A stretch of 32,000 bases of DNA from an uncultured Elusimicrobia bacterium (GTDB lineage Bacteria > Elusimicrobiota > Elusimicrobia > 2-01-FULL-59-12), in the NCBI GenBank assembly GCA_964441955.1, contig CAYTWA010000002.1:137170-169169 (forward strand). The letters are read 5' to 3'. Under the pieces are notes generated by a model, which worked only from the letters and a program-made list of their open reading frames with translations, was not told the origin of the DNA and did no database searches. This document shows, one piece after another, positions 9,034 through 15,836 of the stretch. The position numbers and the translations under genes were made by a program. The first letter of the stretch is position 1; every line of letters begins with the position of its first letter.

Positions 9034-10518
9034 ATGAAGCGAACGTCCCTTATTGGCTGCATGACTGCGATGCTCCTCGTCGCGGGGTCCATCTTCTCTT
9101 GGGCCAAACTTGAGCGTGAACAATTGGCCATTGAAAGCCAACTGCAAAACCGCATCGAGGGCATTTTGTCGAAAACCCTACCCGCGAACAGCTATTTGGT
9201 CACCGTCAAAGTGGAGATGGATACGACCTCCAAGCCGGTAGGGGGGCGCGCCGCGCGCGCCTCGCGAAATGGAAAAAACCCGTTTTCTTCTCAAAGCCAG
9301 TTCGTCCTACCCGGGGTGCCTCAAAAGAAAGAATTCATCATGCAGGATGAAAAACCCGTGGAGGAAACCGCGGATATTTTCGAAACCGAAACGTTGGTCC
9401 GCCGTATCCTCATTACCATCTTGGTGGCGCCGGACATTGCCGCGGATCAAGTTCGCGGCCTTCGGGAAGTGGTGCAAGCCAGCATCCCATTTAACCCGCT
9501 GCGCGGTGATGAGCTCCAAATTCAAAATTCCAACCTTTTAAAACCGGTTAATCCCAGCAGCGCCAATTCCAAAAATACGCCAGCAGGCCAAACGCCTTCG
9601 CGCAGCGCTCTTTTTGACCGAGCCAATGCGCCTCTTTGGATTTTATTTGGTGTGATCGGCACGTTGTTCATCATCTTCTTGGCTTTTTTGTTTGGTCCAG
9701 TACGCAGTTTTTTGAACCGTCTCTTGGCGGTTTTGCCGCGCGTGGGCGAACAAGCCGCTTATGCCGTCAACAATGCTCCGGCCAAATCGGGAATGGCAGG
9801 AGGGAACGGGAATGGCACGCTCAATGGAACCCTCCAATCTCGGCGGAATGGGACGGACGTAGACGAGGGCCCATTCCGCTTTATTCGCGAGGACCAACTG
9901 AACAAACTTCCCATTCTTTTACGCCAAATGCCGCCCGCGCAGGCGGCTATTGTGGTGGCTTACCTGCCGCCGGAGTGGGCCAGTAAAATGTTTAGCGCTT
10001 TGGATTCCGGGGCGCAGGGGGCGATTATGGGCGAGCTGGCCCAAGCGCGCGAAGTCCCGGCAGAAACCGTCAAAGAAGTGGAAGCGTTTGTGAAGGGAAA
10101 ATTGCCGTATTTAGTCGGCGGGGTGGATTGGGTCCAGTCGGTCTATCAATTAACCCAGCCGCAAACCCAACGGGCGTTGTTAGGGTCGCTGGCGCAGCAG
10201 TCTCCTGATTTAGCGCAAAACCTACGTCGTAAAACATTTTTCTTTGAAGATGTGGCGGTCTTGCCGGCGGGTGCGATGCGTCTTTTGGTCGCCGAAGCGG
10301 GTTACCCGGCGCTTGCTCAAGCCCTGCGCAGTGAAAAAGTGGAATTTCGAAACAGCGTGCTTGTACGCTTGCCCGCCGCCACCCGCGAAATTATTCTTCA
10401 GGAACTCGAATTATCCGGCGAGGACCGCGCCGCGACCACCGAAGCTAAAGTCAAAATCGTCAACTTGGGCCAGCGTCTTTTAATGGACGGCCGCATCCAG
10501 CTGCCGGAGAGGAAATAA
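9034..10518 (+). CDS. bitopic-loop membrane protein resembling a miniature FliF-FliG fusion (rotor-like)
   Basis: - Topology: TM1 (LIGCMTAMLLVAGSIFSW), a ~190-aa periplasmic segment, then TM2 (LWILFGVIGTLFIIFLAFLFGPV).
- The periplasmic segment has FliF/YscJ-like strings (LVTVKVEMD; RRILITILVAPD...IPFNPLRGDELQIQN).
- The cytoplasmic part carries FliG-like ARM helices (PPAQAAIVVAYLPPEWASKMFSAL) and a degenerate EHPQ equivalent (TQPQTQRALLGSL).
- A clear FliG C-terminal pattern is present (FFFEDVAVLPAGAMRLLVAE...ALAQALRSE...REIILQELE...AKVKIVNLGQRLLMDGRI). Confidence 0.7.
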   Translation: MKRTSLIGCMTAMLLVAGSIFSWAKLEREQLAIESQLQNRIEGILSKTLPANSYLVTVKVEMDTTSKPVGGRAARASRNGKNPFSSQSQFVLPGVPQKKEFIMQDEKPVEETADIFETETLVRRILITILVAPDIAADQVRGLREVVQASIPFNPLRGDELQIQNSNLLKPVNPSSANSKNTPAGQTPSRSALFDRANAPLWILFGVIGTLFIIFLAFLFGPVRSFLNRLLAVLPRVGEQAAYAVNNAPAKSGMAGGNGNGTLNGTLQSRRNGTDVDEGPFRFIREDQLNKLPILLRQMPPAQAAIVVAYLPPEWASKMFSALDSGAQGAIMGELAQAREVPAETVKEVEAFVKGKLPYLVGGVDWVQSVYQLTQPQTQRALLGSLAQQSPDLAQNLRRKTFFFEDVAVLPAGAMRLLVAEAGYPALAQALRSEKVEFRNSVLVRLPAATREIILQELELSGEDRAATTEAKVKIVNLGQRLLMDGRIQLPERK

Positions 10519-10521
10519 TTT

Positions 10522-11349
10522 ATGGATTGGGTTACCCTTTTAGGCTACGTGATCGGGTTTGGCACCGTGGGTTTTGTGCTTATTTCCGGCAATTCGCTGG
10601 GGCTCATTTTTAACGCGCACGCTATTATCTTGGTGTTTGGGGGGACGGCTGGTAGCGTACTGCTAAGTTTCCCCGGTCCGATTTTGGCGCAAGCGGTCAG
10701 GGCTTTTCGGGTATTCCTGTTCCCGGGCCGGCGCCCGGAAGCGACCGCCGTCATTAATTTGTTGATGCGTTTTTCGGAAAAAGCGCGCCGCCAAAACCTC
10801 GAAAGTCTGGAGGGGGACGTGGCCTCGGTTCGAATTCCCTTTCTAGCCAATGGGCTGCGCATGGTGTTGGACGGCTTACCCGCGGAGATGGTGCGCAGCA
10901 ACCTTATTAAGGAAATACGTTTCTCGCGCGACCGGCATGCCCAAGTGGCCAACGTGTTTAGAAGTGCGGCGTCCTATGCCCCGATCTTTGGTTTGCTCGG
11001 CACGCTAGTCGGCGTGGTCCAGGTGCTCATGACTTTAACCGACCCTAAAACCATCGGCGCATCCATGGCCATTGCCATGACGGCCACGTTTTATGGAATT
11101 TTTGCGGCTAACTTTTTATTTTTGCCGGTGGCGGGCAAATTGAATGTTTACGCCCAAGAGGAAACCTTTTTGCAGGAACTGATGATCGAGGGCATTTTGG
11201 CCATCGGCCAAAACGAAGTCCCCGCCCTGGTCTTTAGAAAACTCCAAGGATTCGCGGAAGCACACAAACGCGATCAATTGGCGGCTGGACGCCTGGGAGC
11301 CGTGGGGGACGCGGCTCCCGGCGCCGGCGGCCGTCGTGAGGCGGCATGA
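10522..11349 (+). CDS. motA: MotA/PomA-type stator protein (proton/sodium channel A subunit)
   Basis: Four-TM layout with a large TM2-TM3 cytoplasmic loop. Conserved APIFGLLGTLVG (P173-equivalent) and FLFLPVAGKL (P222-equivalent). Starts 4 nt after the upstream stop, with a GGAGAGGA SD. Confidence 0.85.
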   Translation: MDWVTLLGYVIGFGTVGFVLISGNSLGLIFNAHAIILVFGGTAGSVLLSFPGPILAQAVRAFRVFLFPGRRPEATAVINLLMRFSEKARRQNLESLEGDVASVRIPFLANGLRMVLDGLPAEMVRSNLIKEIRFSRDRHAQVANVFRSAASYAPIFGLLGTLVGVVQVLMTLTDPKTIGASMAIAMTATFYGIFAANFLFLPVAGKLNVYAQEETFLQELMIEGILAIGQNEVPALVFRKLQGFAEAHKRDQLAAGRLGAVGDAAPGAGGRREAA

Positions 11350-11981
11350 TTGAAAAACTGGGTCCCATTTTTGTTGAACGCCGAAACCAATACATTTGGC
11401 TGACGATCTACTCCGATCTCATCACGAACCTCTTTTTGCTGTTCCTAAGTCTTTTCGCCTTGTCCTATTTCGGTCCGGACGCCCTTCAAGATGCGATGGC
11501 TTCCATGAAAACTCGCCTTGAATACCAAAAGAAGGCCGCCCCCTGGTACGCGGATTTGGCGCACAACCTCAAAATGGTTTCTGACCAAGATGCGCCGATT
11601 GTGGCGCGTGAAGACCGCTTGCAGATGGCCCTTCCGGAAGAGGTGTTGTTCGGCGCGGGAGCAGGAGAGCTTCGCACGCAGGACCAGCTCGTGCTGCATG
11701 GCTTGGCTAATGCCCTGCGAAACGTTCCGTACACCGTTTTGGTGGAAGGCCATACGGATGACACGCCGCTTAAGGCCGGAAGTCGTTACGCGTCCAATTG
11801 GGAGTTATCGATGGCTCGGGCAATGGCGGTGGTCCGCTATTTGGTCAAGGTGGAACGCATGCCTCCAGAGCGGGTGGGGCTTGCCGCTTTTGGAGAACAC
11901 CACCCCCGCGTGCCCAACCTCTCGGAGGAAAACCGCGCGATGAACCGGCGCATCGAAATCAGCGTGCTGCGTTATGAATGA
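11346..11981 (+). CDS. motB: MotB-type stator protein, paralog 1 (OmpA-like PG-binding C-terminus)
   Basis: N-terminal TM with the channel Asp (WLTIYSDLITNLF, D24). OmpA-like VLVEGHTDDTP...NWELSMARA...NRRIEISV. ATGA overlap with motA. Confidence 0.85.
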   Translation: MIEKLGPIFVERRNQYIWLTIYSDLITNLFLLFLSLFALSYFGPDALQDAMASMKTRLEYQKKAAPWYADLAHNLKMVSDQDAPIVAREDRLQMALPEEVLFGAGAGELRTQDQLVLHGLANALRNVPYTVLVEGHTDDTPLKAGSRYASNWELSMARAMAVVRYLVKVERMPPERVGLAAFGEHHPRVPNLSEENRAMNRRIEISVLRYE

Positions 11982-12609
11982 GGATTTTGCCAACCCCTAC
12001 AAGCCCCTCATTGACGAGGATCGGTCCGAAGAAATAAGCCACCTTTGGATTGTTTCGTACAGCGACTTTATGACCATTTTGATGATTTTTTTTCTGATGT
12101 GTTTTGCGCACCGCGTCTGGGAGAAAAAAGTGTTTTTCGAAGACCAAAAAATCCGGCGCGAGCGCGCCATCCGGGAAGTTCAAGACGGCATGGTTCGACG
12201 GTTGGACCGTTTAAGTACCATCGACGTCCAAGCCGAGCGCATCGATATCCACCTGCCCGATTCGCTTCTTTTTTCCGGGGGGCAGTCCGACATGCGGGGC
12301 GCCGCTAAATTGCTGCTGGCCGACATTGTGCCCGACCTTAAGAAATTCAAAGGCGACATTATTGTGGAAGGCCATACGGACGATTTGCCCTTAGGTCGTC
12401 ATTCGCATTTCGGTTCAAACTGGGAGCTTTCAACGGCGCGCGCCTTCAGTGTGATCAAATTTCTCGAGCAGGAAGGGGTTGACCCCGGAAAAATGTCGGC
12501 GCGAGGCTACGGCGAATACCGTCCACGCGTGCCCAACATTTCGCCCGAAAACCGGGCCGAAAACCGGCGCATTGAATTGATTCTGCTCAACCCCAGGAAA
12601 GACGGTTAA
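11974..12609 (+). CDS. motB: MotB-type stator protein, paralog 2
   Basis: TM with Asp (WIVSYSDFMTILMIFF, D31). OmpA-like IIVEGHTDDLP...NWELSTARA...NRRIELIL. Same length (211 aa) as paralog 1. Its start overlaps the paralog 1 stop by 8 nt. Confidence 0.85.
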   Translation: MNEDFANPYKPLIDEDRSEEISHLWIVSYSDFMTILMIFFLMCFAHRVWEKKVFFEDQKIRRERAIREVQDGMVRRLDRLSTIDVQAERIDIHLPDSLLFSGGQSDMRGAAKLLLADIVPDLKKFKGDIIVEGHTDDLPLGRHSHFGSNWELSTARAFSVIKFLEQEGVDPGKMSARGYGEYRPRVPNISPENRAENRRIELILLNPRKDG

Positions 12610-12611
12610 TC

Positions 12612-14723
12612 ATGCCTAAAAAATGGTTTCTGATCATTTTGGCCATCGTGGTCATCCCCGTGACGATGACTTCATGGAAGGTGATTCAGTATGCCCGGGA
12701 ATCCAAAAGTCAGATTTACGAGCTCCACCGGCATATTGTAACGGCCTTGGCGCTCAATACGACCGCTTACTTCCAGCAGCTCAACATGCGCTTGGCCTTC
12801 GCGCCATTGTTGTCGCGTGCCAAAGGGTGGGGGGAACAAGTGGCGGTGCTCAATAACGCTTTGTTGTCAAATAGCGACTTTTCCTGCGTGGCCGTCATCG
12901 ATGCTTCCGGAAAGGAATTGGCCAAAGCCTTCGATATTAAAGCGCGGGGTTTCGCTCCGGCGCTAACCCGCGGAAACGATCCCTTTTTTCAAAAGGTGAG
13001 CCGCACGCGCAACGCCGATACGGGACCCGTTTATGAGCGCGACGGCATTTCCTATTTCGACGTTTTGTATCCGCTCGCCTCCGGGCAAATGTTGATGGTG
13101 GCGATTCGCTGGGAGGGCTTAAAAAAGGTGCTCTTCGACCAAAAAGTCGGACAAGAAGGCTACATCCGCCTGTTGGATGAAGAGGGCCGCATCGTCGGGG
13201 ATTCGCTCAACAGCCACGTGGGAAAGACGGTTTCTGATTGGTATTTTTTTCAAGATCGAAAAGAAAACGCAGCCCCTTGGTTCGGCGAATTCGACGATAC
13301 GCAAAAGGTCCCCTCTGTGGGGGCTGGGCAGTGGATCGCGGGTGCTGGGTGGTTTGTGCTTTCGGCGCAACCCCAATCGGAAGCTTATGCCAAAACGCGG
13401 GACTTGCGAAACAAAGCCTTCCTCTGGATGGCCGGCAGTTTCGTCGGGGTTTGTTTTTTTGGTTATTTTTGGGTCATGCACATCAGCCGCCCGATCACTC
13501 GCTTAGCGGCGGGTGTCACGAACGTGGCGCGAAGGCGCTTTGACCAGCACGTCCCGGAAGACTACGGCCTCGAAGAATTCCGCGCTTTAGGGCAGGCGTT
13601 TAACCGGATGATGACGGAACTTAAAAGCTACAACGACTTGCAGGTTGAAAAAATTATTGAAGAACAAACCACGAGCAAATCCCTTCTCTTTAACATCCGT
13701 GACGGCATCGTGATGATTAACGAAAAAAGCGAAATTCTTTTCGCCAATGACCCAGCCAAACAATGGACCAAAGACACCGCGGGCCGTGGAAAAGAGGACT
13801 TCAATAAATCGTGGGCTTCCTTACAAGAGTACCCGCCTTGGATGGACCTGTTGCAGCCCGTTTTAGATGGGGAAAAAGCTAGCTCTTCAGAAGAGTTCGA
13901 ATTTCCCGTGCAAGGCCGTCCCCGGTGGGCCCGCGTATTGGCCCAACCTGTTTCCACGGAATCTGGACGACGGTTGGGCATCATGGTGTTTATTCGAGAC
14001 ATTACCCAAGACAAAGAGTTGGACCGCATGAAAGAAGACTTTTTTAACGGGATCACGCATGACTTGCGTACGCCGCTGGCGGCGACGATCGGTTACTTGG
14101 GGTTGTCCGAGCTTCAGGTGCCCCAAGGCGAACAGGAACTGAGCAAATTGGTGAGTTCCGCGCGGCAATCGGCCAAGCGCGCGCTGGGGCTCGTAGAAAC
14201 CATTTTAAGTTTGGCGCGCTTGCAGGCCGGAAAACTGAACCTTAATTTTTCGCCCGTTCAGATCAAAGGGGTGTTGGAAAAAATTGCCGGGGATTTGCGT
14301 TTCCATGCGGAAGCCAAAAAAATCCACTTAAGCGCCGAATGTTTAGATGAGAAACTTTGGGTCAATGCCGATGCCGGTATGATCGACCGCGTGATCGAAA
14401 ACTTAACCGGAAACGCCATCAAATACACGATGGAAGGCGGGTGGGTGAAACTCTCCGCCAAGGCGGTGGATGAGGGCGTCATGATCTCCATCCAAGACAA
14501 TGGCCGAGGAATCCCTCCGGAGGCCATAAAAAAACTTTTTGGCAAATTCCAGCAAGTGAAAGCCGAAGACCGCGCTGTAGGATTCGGTATCGGGTTGTCC
14601 TTCTCGAAAGGGATTGTAGAAGCCCACGGGAGCGCCATCGATGTAGAGTCGGAAGTCGGTAAAGGGAGCCATTTTCACTTTACGTTGCAGCGCGCCCAAG
14701 CCCCCGCCGCCAAAGCCGCTTAG
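12612..14723 (+). CDS. sensor histidine kinase (TM - Cache-like periplasmic domain - TM - HAMP - PAS - HisKA - HATPase_c)
   Basis: H-box FFNGITHDLRTPLAA, N-box NLTGNAIKYT, G1 DNGRGIP and G2 GFGIGLS. HAMP-like PITRLAAGVTNVARRRF...FNRMMTELK. The start lies 2 nt after the motB2 stop. No response regulator is adjacent. Confidence 0.9.
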   Translation: MPKKWFLIILAIVVIPVTMTSWKVIQYARESKSQIYELHRHIVTALALNTTAYFQQLNMRLAFAPLLSRAKGWGEQVAVLNNALLSNSDFSCVAVIDASGKELAKAFDIKARGFAPALTRGNDPFFQKVSRTRNADTGPVYERDGISYFDVLYPLASGQMLMVAIRWEGLKKVLFDQKVGQEGYIRLLDEEGRIVGDSLNSHVGKTVSDWYFFQDRKENAAPWFGEFDDTQKVPSVGAGQWIAGAGWFVLSAQPQSEAYAKTRDLRNKAFLWMAGSFVGVCFFGYFWVMHISRPITRLAAGVTNVARRRFDQHVPEDYGLEEFRALGQAFNRMMTELKSYNDLQVEKIIEEQTTSKSLLFNIRDGIVMINEKSEILFANDPAKQWTKDTAGRGKEDFNKSWASLQEYPPWMDLLQPVLDGEKASSSEEFEFPVQGRPRWARVLAQPVSTESGRRLGIMVFIRDITQDKELDRMKEDFFNGITHDLRTPLAATIGYLGLSELQVPQGEQELSKLVSSARQSAKRALGLVETILSLARLQAGKLNLNFSPVQIKGVLEKIAGDLRFHAEAKKIHLSAECLDEKLWVNADAGMIDRVIENLTGNAIKYTMEGGWVKLSAKAVDEGVMISIQDNGRGIPPEAIKKLFGKFQQVKAEDRAVGFGIGLSFSKGIVEAHGSAIDVESEVGKGSHFHFTLQRAQAPAAKAA

Positions 14724-14774
14724 GTCTGGAATCCTAATTTGTGACTTCAAAAGTCTGAGTGGCATAATGTAGGC

Positions 14775-14957
14775 GTGTCCCTTGAAACCCATTCTGTTCA
14801 GTGTCCCTACTGTGGCGAGACCATCGAAATAGATGTGGAGCCGTTAGAAGAAACCCAATCCCTCATCGAAGATTGCACCGTTTGCTGCCGCCCGGTGCAG
14901 TATGAAGTCACATCAACAGACGAAGGCATCGAAGTAACGGCCGCTCGCTCGGACTGA
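14775..14957 (+). CDS. small CPxCG-type cysteine-rich zinc-ribbon protein
   Basis: 60 aa with CPYCG ... CTVCC, the pattern of the CPXCG cysteine-rich family. GTG start. Confidence 0.55.
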   Translation: MSLETHSVQCPYCGETIEIDVEPLEETQSLIEDCTVCCRPVQYEVTSTDEGIEVTAARSD

Positions 14958-14982
14958 CGGCGAGACCTTAAACGGCAGAAAG

Positions 14983-15370
14983 GGCGGTAAGCCTTGACGA
15001 CGGTAAGCCTTGAAGGCAGCGAAAGGAAACAATTTTTTAGAAAGACACAAACCGGCGTGGCCTGATCAATGCGTTCCTCAATGCTAATTCCACTGGCTGC
15101 CGTTTAGGCATACCGCCCCCCAGGTTTACCGCCGTCTGGTGTTGGAGAGACTCGGCTACCTCGAAGGTCGAGACGGGGCGGTACGCCTTGACGACGGTAA
15201 GCCTTGAAGGCAGCGAAAGGAAACAATTTTTTAGAAAGACACAAACCGGCGTGGCCTGATCAATGCGTTCCTCAATGCTAATTCCACTGGCTGCCGTTTA
15301 GGCATACCGCCCCCCAGGTTTACCGCCGTCTGGTGTTGGAGAGACTCAGCTACCTCGAAGGTCGAGACGG
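14983..15370 (+). repeat. Tandem direct duplication, 2 x 194 bp, ~99% identical, non-coding
   Basis: Unit 1 (14983-15176) and unit 2 (15177-15370) differ at 2 positions (14990 A vs 15184 C; 15143 G vs 15337 A).
Each unit has nested inverted repeats: 14983-14993 with 15123-15133, 15001-15009 with 15107-15115, and 15015-15020 with 15096-15101.
Each unit also has an internal 13-bp direct repeat, CGGTAAGCCTTGA x2. No ORF of 60 aa or more lies within 14958-15349. Confidence 0.9.
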
Positions 15371-15538
15371 GGGCGTGGGGGGCGTCTTACGTTTGGGGAT
15401 GGGAAGGCAAATGCAGCCGCTAAAGCCGCACCCCATGCAGCAGTAATTCTTTTTGCCGATTTGAAAACCTTGTGCGGTGGCCCAGCGGGACTTCTTTAAA
15501 TTGCAGTTAGTACAGGCGGCCATGGCGCATTGTAGCAT
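15350..15538 (-). CDS. possible small Cys-rich metal-binding protein (TRASH/YHS-like CxxC-x20-CxxxC)
   Basis: From M33 of the 94-aa ORF: MLQCAMAACTNCNLKKSRWATAQGFQIGKKNYCCMGCGFSGCIC... The spacing C-x2-C-x20-C-x3-C fits the TRASH pattern. There is no clear SD, the 3' end overlaps the tandem repeat, and the upstream part of the ORF is repeat-derived. Confidence 0.3.
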   Translation of the reverse strand: MLQCAMAACTNCNLKKSRWATAQGFQIGKKNYCCMGCGFSGCICLPIPKRKTPPTPPSRPSR

Positions 15539-15547
15539 CTGCCGGAA

Positions 15548-15714
15548 GGCGTTCGGGGGGATAACAACGTTTAAGGACAGCAAAGCGTTCAGGGTCCTGA
15601 CGGCGTTCAGGGACACACAAGCGTTCAGATTCAAAACGTCGTTCTTCGTTGAACGCCGTCATGCCTCTGAACGCCTTTGCGTCCCCGAACGCCGTCAAGT
15701 CATTGAACGTCGTT
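15548..15714. promoter_or_regulatory. Array of eight GCGTTC(A/G)GG / CC(T/C)GAACGC motifs forming a nested dyad
   Basis: Left arm copies at 15548-15558, 15582-15594, 15602-15610 and 15621-15628. Right arm (inverted) copies at 15649-15657, 15667-15675, 15683-15693 and 15705-15714.
Exact pairs: GGCGTTCGGGG/CCCCGAACGCC (11 bp) and GGCGTTCAG/CTGAACGCC (9 bp).
The array lies between the small minus-strand ORF and the giant gene. Confidence 0.7.
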
Positions 15715-15779
15715 GTAAGTTGTTTTAAGGCCCAGGGCCCTTCAGGCTCATTTTTCCAGCCCTTTCGCTCATTGGCCAT

Positions 15780-15813
15780 TCCCTCGCGTTTGCCTATAGT
15801 CCCTCGCGTCTGC
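15780..15813 (+). promoter_or_regulatory. 14-bp direct repeat TCCCTCGCGT(T/C)TGC x2, 20-bp period, 24 nt upstream of the giant-gene ATG
   Basis: Copies at 15780-15793 and 15800-15813 differ at one position. Confidence 0.5.
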
Positions 15814-15836
15814 ACCAAATAAAAGGCAACCTTACT

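Noticed and set aside
10522-12609. Zorya anti-phage system, or a Tol-Pal / ExbBD system, instead of a motility-type stator
   Set aside because: - The A subunit is 275 aa with the MotA/PomA four-TM layout, not a long-tailed ZorA.
- No ZorC/ZorD-like genes are present.
- The B subunits carry OmpA-like PG-binding domains rather than TolR/ExbD folds.
- No tolA, tolB, pal or tonB is adjacent.
- The neighbouring FliG-like domain argues for a rotor partner.
14983-15370. CRISPR array
   Set aside because: There are only two units of 194 bp with no unique spacers between them. The size and architecture are incompatible with CRISPR repeats, and no cas genes are present.
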